A stretch of 64,000 bases of DNA from Dehalococcoidia bacterium (lineage in GTDB: Bacteria; Chloroflexota; Dehalococcoidia; UBA2979). The position numbers and the translations under genes are program-made. Under the pieces are notes generated by a model. The model made no database searches and was not told the origin of the DNA. It saw only the letters and a list, made by a program, of their open reading frames with translations. Position 1 is the first letter of the stretch. Every line of letters starts with the position of its first letter. The stretch lies in assembly GCA_003599735.1 (NCBI GenBank), contig QZJI01000071.1:7778-71777 (forward strand), in the 5' to 3' direction. This document shows, piece after piece, positions 29,777-39,233 of the stretch.

Positions 29777-32700
29777 GACGCGCTTCCTCAGTCAATTGCG
29801 CGAGGAGTCCGCGCGTCTCCGGATCAGGCCCGGCGCGCGGATCCTCGAGCTCCTGCTGGATCGCCTCGGACAGCACGCGATACGCCTTGCGGGCGCCGTT
29901 GATATCACCCGAGTCGGCGAGTACGCGCATGTAGCCGCGAGCCGCGACCTCGTCGACGGCATAGTGCGTGAGCGCGAGCCGGTAGTAGTCGGCGGCACGA
30001 TCGCGCGCCCCGAGCCGAACCGCGATCTCCGCGGCGCGATGGGTGCCTTCGAGCAGCCGTCGTCGGAACTCGACCCGGAATGGCTCGGCCCAGGAGAACG
30101 GTTGACCGGCAAGGAAGTCGCCGCGGTACTGCGCGAACGCGCGGTCATACTCGTCCAGCGCCTCGAGGCTGGGTGCGCTGGCGGCGCGGCGCAACGACAA
30201 CTCGAACTCCTCGATGTCGACGGTGAACAGGTGCGATTCAAACTCCAACCGGCTCTGGCGGGAGGACTCCAGGATGCGGAGGTCCGGCCGCCCCGCCGCA
30301 TCCCGCAGCGTGGCGCGGAGGCGGGCGGTGATGTTTCGCAGGTTGTGACGGAGGCTGGCGTCCCATTCAATCCCCGGCCACAGCGCCTCGGCGACGCGCT
30401 CACCCGAGATCGGACTGCCCTGCGTCACGAGGAACGCCAGGAGCTCGGACGCCTTCTGGTACGTCCAGGAGGTGACTCGTTTGCCGCCTGTTTCGACCTC
30501 GAACTCACCGAAGCAACGCACCGTGAACGGTGCGGCAAGGTCTTCGTCGTCGCCGAGCACGTCCCCCACGAACATTGCCAGCTGGCGTGCACCAAGCGAA
30601 CTCCCGTCGGAGAGCTGCTGCGCCTCATCGCTGCGAGATACGGCCGCGAGCGTCTGCACCCCGGCACGGGCGGCCTCGACGTGCTGCGGCTCCGGCAGTG
30701 GTGGGCGCTCGGCTACTGCGACGGGAGCCGTCGATCGTCCGGCCGCCGCGTTGGCAGCGTGCATGGATGACGCCACCTCGACTGATCGCGCCGTACTCAG
30801 CACGCCGTCTGCGTGGGCAGAGTCTGGATCGTGTCCGAATGCTGCCGGCGTAGCACAGGCCGGGCTGGCATCCGGCCCGCCGTCGTCGCCGCACAGTTCG
30901 TCAGCATCCGGATTCGCGAGCAACGCCAGGGAAGCGGCGGGCGCGTGATCCGGAGCAGGAACGTCGGTGCGGACCGCATCGCGCCAGCGCGGCGATGTAT
31001 CGCGTCGGACCTGCACCGGTTCGAGCCGCCGCTCGAACGCATCCTCCATGCGGAGCAGCAACGCGCCGATCGCGACGGATGCCTCAACATCGTCGGGCAC
31101 CGACTGCAGGGCATCCGTCGCGCGAACGGTCGTCGGAAACAGCGCGAGGTCGGCAACGTCCGTGATCGCGATGATAAAGACTCCGACGGTCGCGCCGACG
31201 CGGATCACCTCATGCAGACCCGCGACCGACGCGGAAGTCGCGGTGAGGACGGCAATGATCGGTGTCCGGTTGGCGCCTTCCTCCAATCGCAGCTGCACGA
31301 TCGCGTCCAGTTCTCCCGCCAGGCTCACCGCGTCGTTGGTACCGGCGACCCCGGCAAAGTGGGGTGCCTCGATCAGATCGTCGAGTAACTCGGCGGTTGC
31401 CGTGTCTGCGCGCAACGCGAGCTCATCCGGTGTGTGAGTGGTCGTCAGCGTCGCGATCCATGCGCGCAACAACCGACGCTGCTCGGGGGCGTCGACGGAC
31501 AGGCCCACCGCACCAGCGGCGACATTCATGTAGGCAATCGCATCGTCATCCGCGCCGACCGGTACGAGGAACGCCGACTGCTCCGTTGAATCCATGAGTA
31601 CCGACGCCGCGAATCGGTTGAAGTCTGAGAGGACGATCGTGACGAGATCGCGGGAGTCCTCGCGGATCCGCACCGTGCATGCGAGCCGGCGCTCGAGCGC
31701 CTCGCGCTGCTCAATGAGCAACACAGAATCCGCCGCCGGGCACGCAACCAGGCACGCGAGTCCCCGAGACGATTCGTCCACCGCGACCAGCCGCGCATCA
31801 TGGAGTCCGAGATCGCACAGCGCGGTGGAGAGTGCGTTCCCGGCCAGCGCCACCCGTCCGGCATCGCCGATCGCGGACTCGGCGGTCCGCCTTCGTCCGA
31901 ACGTGATCGCTCCCGAACGGCGCAGTCGCTGGACGAAGAGCGCGACCCCGCCGAGCACAACGAATCCGGCGGCGGTGACGCCAATCTCCCGCGGGAGTGT
32001 CGGCCAGGACCACTCGGCTCGCGCGGTCGACGGTTCCGGTACCGGCGCGGCAGTGCTCGTGGCGGTACTACGCGGCTCCGGAGTTGGAGTCCCCCGCGAG
32101 GGTACGGTCGGCGCCGGAACGTCCGCGACGGTGATGTGTGGAAGCGCGAGGATCCATCCCGGGTAGATGAGGCTGGGGTCGGTGAACCGACGCCCGTCGG
32201 GCATCACCTGCCCGCGGTTCGCGTCGAAGAGTTCCGTCCAGCGGAACCCGTCACCGAGGAGTCGTGCGGCGATGCTCCAGAGATCGTCTCCGGCCATGAC
32301 GCGGTAGGCAGCCGCCTCATTTACCACGAAATTCCGAGCAGGGAGCGGGATGGCGAGCACCCAGCCCGGCTCGATAAACCGCGGATCGGTCAGCCGCGCT
32401 GCCAGCGTCGCCTGGCTCCGGCTCGCGTCGAAGATATCGACGTACCGCGTCCCGTCCCCGTAGAACCGACGCGCGATCTCCCAGAGGGAATCGCCAGGCT
32501 GCACCGTGTATTCGATGACCGTGCGCGCGATCTCCTGACGCGGCTCGCGTCCCGCCGTGACCTCGCGGAGATCGATCGCCGCAGTGGCGACCGGCGGGGC
32601 GAGCGCAACCCAGGCGTCGCCGGGCGCAAACGCGAGCGCGCGCGCCGGCGCCACCATCGAACTCGAGAGCAGCAAGGCCCCGGCAACGCCGCCATCGACC

Positions 32701-33083
32701 AGGCGTCGGACCGCCGGCACGGTGATCAGCCGACTGAAGCGCAGCGCCGACCGTGCCCATCGCGCCCCGCCGGTCATCCGAACGGCGGCGATCAGCGTGG
32801 CGCGGAGCGCCGAGATGAGGGCGAGGTATCCGAGCACGCCCCAGGCGACCGCGGCGCCCGCGGCGATCAGTTGGCCGTCCGAGAGCGTCGAGCCACGCAG
32901 CGTTCCGGACAGCTCTCCCAGATCGGACCCTGAATGGAATGTGGGAGGCCCGGATATCCGCCAGAGCGCGATCGCCAGCCCGACGCCCACGATCACGAAG
33001 ATGACTAGCGAACGGACGGCGCGGCGATCAGTCGCTGAAGCGAACTCAGATGAGGACGGTCGATCGAACGAGGTCCGCGCCAT
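29769..33083 (-). CDS. membrane protein with two LysM domains and C-terminal OmpR-type wHTH + BTAD (SARP) transcriptional activator domain
   Basis: About 1104 aa from ATG 33083 (GGAG RBS). TM helix; LysM repeats YTVQPGDSLWEIARRFYGDGTRY and YRVMAGDDLWSIAARLLGDGFRW; second TM; C-terminal FTVRCFGEFEVETGGKRV...BTAD helices. Confidence 0.7.
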   Translation of the reverse strand: MARTSFDRPSSSEFASATDRRAVRSLVIFVIVGVGLAIALWRISGPPTFHSGSDLGELSGTLRGSTLSDGQLIAAGAAVAWGVLGYLALISALRATLIAAVRMTGGARWARSALRFSRLITVPAVRRLVDGGVAGALLLSSSMVAPARALAFAPGDAWVALAPPVATAAIDLREVTAGREPRQEIARTVIEYTVQPGDSLWEIARRFYGDGTRYVDIFDASRSQATLAARLTDPRFIEPGWVLAIPLPARNFVVNEAAAYRVMAGDDLWSIAARLLGDGFRWTELFDANRGQVMPDGRRFTDPSLIYPGWILALPHITVADVPAPTVPSRGTPTPEPRSTATSTAAPVPEPSTARAEWSWPTLPREIGVTAAGFVVLGGVALFVQRLRRSGAITFGRRRTAESAIGDAGRVALAGNALSTALCDLGLHDARLVAVDESSRGLACLVACPAADSVLLIEQREALERRLACTVRIREDSRDLVTIVLSDFNRFAASVLMDSTEQSAFLVPVGADDDAIAYMNVAAGAVGLSVDAPEQRRLLRAWIATLTTTHTPDELALRADTATAELLDDLIEAPHFAGVAGTNDAVSLAGELDAIVQLRLEEGANRTPIIAVLTATSASVAGLHEVIRVGATVGVFIIAITDVADLALFPTTVRATDALQSVPDDVEASVAIGALLLRMEDAFERRLEPVQVRRDTSPRWRDAVRTDVPAPDHAPAASLALLANPDADELCGDDGGPDASPACATPAAFGHDPDSAHADGVLSTARSVEVASSMHAANAAAGRSTAPVAVAERPPLPEPQHVEAARAGVQTLAAVSRSDEAQQLSDGSSLGARQLAMFVGDVLGDDEDLAAPFTVRCFGEFEVETGGKRVTSWTYQKASELLAFLVTQGSPISGERVAEALWPGIEWDASLRHNLRNITARLRATLRDAAGRPDLRILESSRQSRLEFESHLFTVDIEEFELSLRRAASAPSLEALDEYDRAFAQYRGDFLAGQPFSWAEPFRVEFRRRLLEGTHRAAEIAVRLGARDRAADYYRLALTHYAVDEVAARGYMRVLADSGDINGARKAYRVLSEAIQQELEDPRAGPDPETRGLLAQLTEEARRA

Positions 33084-33100
33084 GGTCGGACTCCAATCTC

Positions 33101-34000
33101 TTATTGATTCGACGTCAGCACGGACTGCAACTGCCGCACGGGATAGTCGCGGGTGTAGGCCTGCGTCACCGGCGCGAGCGGTAGCCACGCGCCGCCGTTG
33201 ACCCGGTATCGCGCGCTGAAGGTGATCTCCAATCGGAGGTCGTAGGTGCCACCGGCGCCCAGCGACGAGCGTTCGTACAGGTGCTGAACGTCGCTCTCCG
33301 TCGGATAGGGCTGACCGAGTGAAGTGGTCGTCAGCACCGCGCCGTCGCCGAACGTCCAGTGATAGCTCTGGGGAGTGATCTCAACCTCAACGGTCACGAG
33401 GCCGAGCGTTCGGGAGCCACGGAGCGGAGCGCCGTCATACCCATCGACCCAGAACCACGACGGCATCGCGACGAGCCCGACACCCGGGCTGGCACCCACG
33501 GTGATGGGTGGGAGCGGCACGGTGCCGAGGACCGACGCCGCCAATGCAACTGGATCGACCGCAGGCGCGCCAGGCGTCGTGACGACGACGGTCGGCGTGC
33601 TGGGTGTGTCGATAGGAACCCAGGCGATGCCGAAGTATCCGGTGTCGCAGTTCACCGCCCAGGGGATCGTGCCCGGATTCGCCTGGAGGCCCTCGCGGAA
33701 CCAGCCCGCGGTGGCGTTGCCGATGTTCATCGGCGTGGTCGTGCAAACCGGGGCGGTCGGACCGTTCGTAACTTGGCTAGTACCGGGGTTCGACGGCTGC
33801 CCGGGGGATGTCACCGACATGGCGATAAGAATCGTCACACCGGAGCCGGTCGAAACCACCGATATCTCAGAAGTCGTGGTCGGGGAATTAGGGTCGGGAT
33901 CGTACCCCCCACCCGGATCAGCGCTGGCGCCGGAGGGCGCAAGAGCGGAAAAGAGCATCGCGCTCACGACTGTGAATGCAGCGAGCAAGGTTCTTCTCAT
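33101..34000 (-). CDS. secreted Pro/Thr/Gly-rich protein (signal peptide)
   Basis: MRRTLLAAFTVVSAMLFSALAPSGASA signal. ATGA overlap with the upstream lipoprotein gene. Confidence 0.55.
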   Translation of the reverse strand: MRRTLLAAFTVVSAMLFSALAPSGASADPGGGYDPDPNSPTTTSEISVVSTGSGVTILIAMSVTSPGQPSNPGTSQVTNGPTAPVCTTTPMNIGNATAGWFREGLQANPGTIPWAVNCDTGYFGIAWVPIDTPSTPTVVVTTPGAPAVDPVALAASVLGTVPLPPITVGASPGVGLVAMPSWFWVDGYDGAPLRGSRTLGLVTVEVEITPQSYHWTFGDGAVLTTTSLGQPYPTESDVQHLYERSSLGAGGTYDLRLEITFSARYRVNGGAWLPLAPVTQAYTRDYPVRQLQSVLTSNQ

Positions 34001-34536
34001 GGGCTTGCCTGCCGTATCGAGTCTCGAACCTTCCAAACGTCTCCTACGCGTACGAGGGTGACTGCGTCCTTCAGCATGTTGGGCGTACCAGTGCCAGCAA
34101 TCGGCTGCTTCGTAGTCGCATCGACCAAGTAGCTAGCGTTCTTGTAGACATCGAGCAGGGTGGCTTCATTGCCGTTGATCGTTCCAAGCACCGGTTCGTT
34201 CTCAACGACAATGCGCACCGCGTGACCCTGACTCGTGAGATCACGAATTTCTTGTCTCGCGCGATCGAGTCGGGGGCCGGTCATCACTTCACCTAGCCGA
34301 CTGTCGTCCAGACGGAGGATGGCGTCGGCATACACCTCCCAATACCGCCGGTAGGCTGCAAGGATCTGTGCATAGGGAGACTGAGTAACGCTCGGCGTGG
34401 GTGTGACGACGACGGACGTAGCTGTAGCCGTCGGCGTAGATGTTTCGCGAGTTGCTCCACCGCATGCGGTGCTCACAAGCAGGAGCGAACTCCCGAGGGC
34501 ACTCAATACGAGCCACTTCTTCAGTACGTCCGGCAT
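33997..34536 (-). CDS. lipoprotein (lipobox LVSTAC)
   Basis: MPDVLKKWLVLSALGSSLLLVSTACGG then a Thr/Pro linker and a globular domain. Confidence 0.55.
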   Translation of the reverse strand: MPDVLKKWLVLSALGSSLLLVSTACGGATRETSTPTATATSVVVTPTPSVTQSPYAQILAAYRRYWEVYADAILRLDDSRLGEVMTGPRLDRARQEIRDLTSQGHAVRIVVENEPVLGTINGNEATLLDVYKNASYLVDATTKQPIAGTGTPNMLKDAVTLVRVGDVWKVRDSIRQASP

Positions 34537-34538
34537 CG

Positions 34539-34979
34539 TTACGGCCCTCCCGCGATTCCCGACCGCGGCTCGGCCACGGCGTGCGCGTTGATCGCGACGC
34601 CGTCGATCCCCAACACCCGTAGGAAGGCGGTCTGCGCGTTGCGAGCGAGCTGGACCTCCACGGACGTGACGGTCACGTCGACGGCGTACTGCACGCCATT
34701 CTCCCCCAACAGGTACTCGATCGCGGTGGTGTAGGCGGCGTCCTGGTCCAGCACGACAACAGAGCCGCTCGACGCGCGGTAGGTGGCTTCGTCGAGGCGC
34801 ATCGCGCCGGCGGCTGCGGCCGCATCTGCGGTGTTCTGCAGATCCCGGCGCTGCGCCAGCAGCAGGCCGCCATCGGCGACCAGCCCGGCGACCGCGACCA
34901 ATCCCATCAGGAAGACCGCGACGAGCACGAGCACCTGCCCGTCCTCGCGTCGGTGGCACCAGAGCAGGAACGCGGTCAT
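34539..34979 (-). CDS. TadE/TadG-like pilus assembly protein (pseudopilin)
   Basis: N-terminal GQVLVLVAVFLMGLVAVAGLVADGG TadE/G-like helix. Confidence 0.65.
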   Translation of the reverse strand: MTAFLLWCHRREDGQVLVLVAVFLMGLVAVAGLVADGGLLLAQRRDLQNTADAAAAAGAMRLDEATYRASSGSVVVLDQDAAYTTAIEYLLGENGVQYAVDVTVTSVEVQLARNAQTAFLRVLGIDGVAINAHAVAEPRSGIAGGP

Positions 34980-35419
34980 GGCGCCGCCGCCGTTCGGCTG
35001 CGGTACTGCTCGACGCGTTGTTCATCCGTGCTCGACACCGTGACCTCGACGAGACTCAGCAGCGGCAGATCGCCGAGAGTCACGGGATAACTCGCTGCCG
35101 CTCGTACCATCCCGCCGCGGTCGAACGCTCCTGCATCGACATCGAGTTGCAAGCGATCGAGCTCCAGTCCGTGTCCGGCAGCGACCGCCAGTGCGCGTGT
35201 CTCTGCGGCCGGCAGTCCCGTATCGGCGGAAGCCGCGACCGCGAGGGTCCGGCTCGCCTCCCGGACGACCGACTGGACCGCGATCTGCGCATGCACGACG
35301 CGCCCGACGGCGACGACGCCGAAGACGAACACCAGCACGAGCGGGATCACGAGCGCCGCTTCGATCAGCGCGTTCCCCGACTCATCGCGGAGCAGGCGGC
35401 CGGAACAACTACGGACCAC
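34976..35419 (-). CDS. TadE-like protein
   Basis: GNALIEAALVIPLVLVFVFG (TadE_N motif). Confidence 0.7.
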   Translation of the reverse strand: MVRSCSGRLLRDESGNALIEAALVIPLVLVFVFGVVAVGRVVHAQIAVQSVVREASRTLAVAASADTGLPAAETRALAVAAGHGLELDRLQLDVDAGAFDRGGMVRAAASYPVTLGDLPLLSLVEVTVSSTDEQRVEQYRSRTAAAP

Positions 35420-35800
35420 TGCGGAAGCCCTCTTTCCAGACCTCCCCGGAGGATTCGATCGGGATCGTCAGGTCCGTGACCCACGGAATGAACAGCGGAT
35501 AGCTGCCGCTGGCGCGCGTGACGACCGCATCACCCTGTTGCTCTGCGGTGACGGCGAAGGCCGCCCCCGTCGAGCCGAGACCGGCCTCCAGCATCGCCCG
35601 GGTGCGAAGCGCGCCTTCCTCCAGCGTGTATCCCTCGGAGGCGGCAAGGCGTGCTCCCTCGATCGCCGCCGTCTCGGCGACGGTGCGGGCGTGCTGCACG
35701 AGCGCGAACTGGACCGCGCCGATCAGGACGATGAGCAACAGCGGCATCACCAGCGCGAGCTCAACGGTGCTCTGCCCCGCTTCGTCACCCCATGCGCGGC
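35409..35800 (-). CDS. TadE-like protein (start codon not identified)
   Basis: GQSTVELALVMPLLLIVLIG motif. No in-frame ATG/GTG/TTG between the motif and the flp stop, so the 5' end is approximate. Confidence 0.5.
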
Positions 35801-35805
35801 GCGCC

Positions 35806-35988
35806 TTAGACGTTCGTGAGCGCCGTGACGATGTCGTTGAAGACGGTGACGACCGCTGTGCCCAGGGCCTGCACCGCGACGATCGCGACGACGGCGATGC
35901 CCGCCGTGACGATCGCGTACTCGACCATCGTCGCGCCGTCCTCGTCCGCGTGAAGCGGGCGGCCCCATCCCATGATTCGTTGCAGCAT
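35806..35988 (-). CDS. flp: Flp family type IVb pilin
   Basis: 60 aa. AAAGGAGGTG RBS. Leader ending in G then ATMVEYAIVTAGIAVV (Flp G/XXXXEY processing motif). Confidence 0.8.
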   Translation of the reverse strand: MLQRIMGWGRPLHADEDGATMVEYAIVTAGIAVVAIVAVQALGTAVVTVFNDIVTALTNV

Positions 35989-36034
35989 CTGCACACCTCC
36001 TTTGGGTGCTGATCCACGCGTTGGTCTCGATCGC

Positions 36035-36973
36035 TCATCGCCCGATCCCCAGCAGTTGCACCCCGGCGGGGTAGAGCAACACCACCAGGAAGACCGGGAA
36101 GATGAAGACGACGATCGGGAAGAGCATCCGCACCGCGGCCTTGCCGCCCTCCTCGAGCAGTCGCGAGCGCTGGCGGTCGCGGGCCGACTCGGCGAGGGCG
36201 AGCATCGCCGGCGCGAGCGGCATTCCCTGTTCCCGCGCCAGCCGCCAGGCGTCGGCGAGCGACCGCAACTCCGGCACGTCCTCGCGCACCGCCAGCCCAT
36301 CCAGGCCCGCGGCGTAGCCGAGCGTTCCGAGTCCCGCCTCCCGCACGACCTCGCGCAGGCCGTCCCCCAGCACGCCGTCAAGCTGACGCCCCGCCTCCAC
36401 GAGCGCTTGCTCGGGGGAGAGCCCGGCGCTCGCCGCGAGCACGAACAGGTCGAGGGCGACCGGCGTCTCGGCCAGGACGGCGAGGCGGCGGCGGCGCAGG
36501 CGCGCGTGCAGCTGCCAGCTCGGCGCGGCGAAGCCGAGGGCGAAGCCCGCCAGCCATATCCAGACCGGCCACGCGCCTGCGGGCTGGACGCCCAGTAGGT
36601 TCATCAGGGGGAACGCACCGGCGGTGATCGCGCCGGTCGCGAGCTGTTGGCCGCGGAACTGCTCGGCCGTCATCTCCGGCATCGCCAGGGCGAGCCGCGC
36701 CTCGAGGTTGCCGGCCTCGATCCCGGCACGACGGAGCACCCGTCCGAGCAGGTTGCCGGCATCGTCGAGCAGCGGGCGCAGGGTGCGTTCGAGGAGCGGG
36801 GAGCTGAACATCGGCGCGTGTGCCGCGTCATAGCCGAGCGCGCCGCGTCCCTGCGCGGACAGCCGCTGCAGGGCGAGCGCGAGATCCGGGCGCGGCCGGC
36901 CGATCGGCTGGCCCATCACGATGAGCCACAGCCCGGCGCCCAGCACGCCGCTGAGGAGCAGCGCGGCGGTCAT
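36035..36973 (-). CDS. tadC: TadC (type II secretion system F family)
   Basis: Polytopic T2SSF-domain protein. ATGA overlap with tadB. Confidence 0.75.
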   Translation of the reverse strand: MTAALLLSGVLGAGLWLIVMGQPIGRPRPDLALALQRLSAQGRGALGYDAAHAPMFSSPLLERTLRPLLDDAGNLLGRVLRRAGIEAGNLEARLALAMPEMTAEQFRGQQLATGAITAGAFPLMNLLGVQPAGAWPVWIWLAGFALGFAAPSWQLHARLRRRRLAVLAETPVALDLFVLAASAGLSPEQALVEAGRQLDGVLGDGLREVVREAGLGTLGYAAGLDGLAVREDVPELRSLADAWRLAREQGMPLAPAMLALAESARDRQRSRLLEEGGKAAVRMLFPIVVFIFPVFLVVLLYPAGVQLLGIGR

Positions 36974-37824
36974 CGCAGCACCCTGCGGCCCGCTGGCAGT
37001 TGCGTCGCCCGCAGCATGCCCGCGTAGCCGACCACCACACTCACGAGGCACAGCGCGAGGACGGCCTGTCCCACGGGGGTCGAGAAGACGGCGAGGTAGC
37101 CGGGGTTGGTCGCGCGGATCGCAACCAGGAGCGCCAACGGCAGCGCGGCGATCACCCGTGCGGACAGGACGTTCTGGGCCTGCGCCGCCTGCACTTCACG
37201 GCGCGCCCGGGCGTCCGCGCGTACGGAGCGGCCGAGGCCGTCGAGCACCTGTCCGAGGTTGCGGCCACCCACGCGGTACGACATCAGCAACGCGGCCACG
37301 AGCGTGTCGAACCCGGGATCGGCCACCCGCTCACGGGCCGTCAGCAGGGCGGCCTCGAAGCCGTCGAAGCGGAGATCGCGGTCGATCCGCTGGAACGTGT
37401 CTCGCAGCGGCAATGGGCCGGTCCGTGCCAGGACACGGGTAGCTTCCTCGATGCCGATCCCGACGCGGGCCGCATCGCGGAGCGCGTCGACCGCCTCCGC
37501 CACCGCCTCGGCGATTCCGGCGCGACGCCGGAGGGACCGTTGGCGGAAATACCAGGACGGCAACAGCGTGCCCGCCACGCCGGCGGCCAGCGTGAACACC
37601 GGCCAGCCGAGCGCGAGTTGCGCCGTGGCCGCGACGGCGACGCCGGAGGCGCCGCTCACCACCGCCAGTTCGCGCGCGCCGATGTCGTCGCCGCCGGAAC
37701 GCCGGAGCAGCCGATGGAGTGGCTCGGCGGAGCGTCGCGGTGCTGACCGCCGCCGATCGCCGGTCAGCGAGAGGAACACCAGCAGCACCCCGGCCGCGAA
37801 GATCAGGATCAGGAGCACGGGCAC
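36970..37824 (-). CDS. tadB: TadB (type II secretion system F family)
   Basis: 284 aa T2SSF-domain membrane protein immediately downstream of tadA. Confidence 0.75.
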   Translation of the reverse strand: MPVLLILIFAAGVLLVFLSLTGDRRRSAPRRSAEPLHRLLRRSGGDDIGARELAVVSGASGVAVAATAQLALGWPVFTLAAGVAGTLLPSWYFRQRSLRRRAGIAEAVAEAVDALRDAARVGIGIEEATRVLARTGPLPLRDTFQRIDRDLRFDGFEAALLTARERVADPGFDTLVAALLMSYRVGGRNLGQVLDGLGRSVRADARARREVQAAQAQNVLSARVIAALPLALLVAIRATNPGYLAVFSTPVGQAVLALCLVSVVVGYAGMLRATQLPAGRRVLR

Positions 37825-37954
37825 GGTGTATTCCTCCCGTGTTCATGCTGACGAACAAGCGTCCCAAGACCGCCCCAGCATCGGCTGCGTCGGCGCCGTA
37901 CCGCCCCAGGAGCGTCCCAGTTCCGCGCGCAACGACTCAGATGTGGCGTGCGGT

Positions 37955-39232
37955 TCATCGCGCGAGGCTCCCGGTGGTCGCCGCGTAGCCGGCAGCCGCG
38001 AGGCGGTGCTCGCGGCGCGACCGGATGCCGCTCCACCGCAACCCGTCCGTGTCGAGCCGGAAGAGCTCACTGCCGGCGATCGCGTCGCCTTCGATCCCGG
38101 TGACTTCGTAGATGCTGGAGACCTGCCGCCGGCGCGAGACCGCATCCATCCGCAGGTGGACCACGAGCTGCACCGCCTCCGCGATCATTTCGGTCAGGGC
38201 CTGTGCCGGGAGCGCCTCATCCGCCATCAGGGCATAGGTGCGCAGCTTGCCGAGCGCTTCCCGCGGACCGTTGGCGTGGATCGTGCACATCGACCCGTCA
38301 TGCCCGGAATTCATCGCGGTGAGCATGTCGAGCGCCTCAGAGCCGCGGACCTCGCCGACGACGATCCGCGTGGGGCGCATCCGCAGGGCGTTCTTCACCA
38401 GCGCGCGGATGGCGACCGCGCCTGCGCCCTCCATGTTCGGGAAGCGCGCCTCCAGCGCGACGCAATCCGGGAGCACCGCCTCCAGTTGCAGCTCAGCGGT
38501 CTCCTCGATCGTCACGACGCGCTCGTCGATACCGGCGATACACGCGGCGAGGGCGTTCAGGCAGGTCGTCTTGCCGCTGCCGGTGCCACCGGAGATCAGG
38601 ATGTTCAGGCCCGCCTGCACGGCGGCCTGGAGGAATCCGGCCGCCTCGGCGGTGAGGGTCTCCAGTGCCACGAGGTCATCGAGGGTGCGGGCGCGGAGCA
38701 GGAACTTCCGAATCGTGACGTGCGGGGAGCCCGAAGTGAGCGGCGGGATCACGGCGTTGAGCCGGGAACCGTCGGCCAACCGTGCGTCGACCATCGGGCT
38801 GGCCTCGTCGAGGCGGCGTCCGAGTGGACCGAGCGCCCGCCGCACGAGTTGCAGCAGTTGGTCGTCGTCCTCGAACACGACGTCGGCGAGCTGCTTGCGG
38901 CCACCGCGGATGACGAAGACCCGCTGCGGCCCGTTGACGATGATCTCCTCGACGGAGGGATCATCGAGGAGCGGTTGTAGCGGCCCCAGCCCGAGGAGGT
39001 CGTCGAGCAAGCGGCGCGCGAGTGCGTCCGGGTCGGCGAGCGGAGGCTCGCCCAGCGTCGCTGCGGCCCGCTGCGCGGCGGCGATCCGCTCCGCGATCAG
39101 GCGCCGGGCACTCTCGATCTCGACCGGGCCGGGCGCAAACAGGGCCTCCCCGGGCAGGCTCTGACGCAGCGCCTCCTGCACCTCGGCGCGAATCGTCCGT
39201 TCGCGTTCGCCGCGCGGGAGCAGCACGGCCAT
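37955..39232 (-). CDS. tadA: CpaF/TadA secretion ATPase
   Basis: Walker A ISGGTGSGKTT. T2SSE/VirB11-family motifs. Confidence 0.9.
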   Translation of the reverse strand: MAVLLPRGERERTIRAEVQEALRQSLPGEALFAPGPVEIESARRLIAERIAAAQRAAATLGEPPLADPDALARRLLDDLLGLGPLQPLLDDPSVEEIIVNGPQRVFVIRGGRKQLADVVFEDDDQLLQLVRRALGPLGRRLDEASPMVDARLADGSRLNAVIPPLTSGSPHVTIRKFLLRARTLDDLVALETLTAEAAGFLQAAVQAGLNILISGGTGSGKTTCLNALAACIAGIDERVVTIEETAELQLEAVLPDCVALEARFPNMEGAGAVAIRALVKNALRMRPTRIVVGEVRGSEALDMLTAMNSGHDGSMCTIHANGPREALGKLRTYALMADEALPAQALTEMIAEAVQLVVHLRMDAVSRRRQVSSIYEVTGIEGDAIAGSELFRLDTDGLRWSGIRSRREHRLAAAGYAATTGSLAR

Positions 39233-39233
39233 C

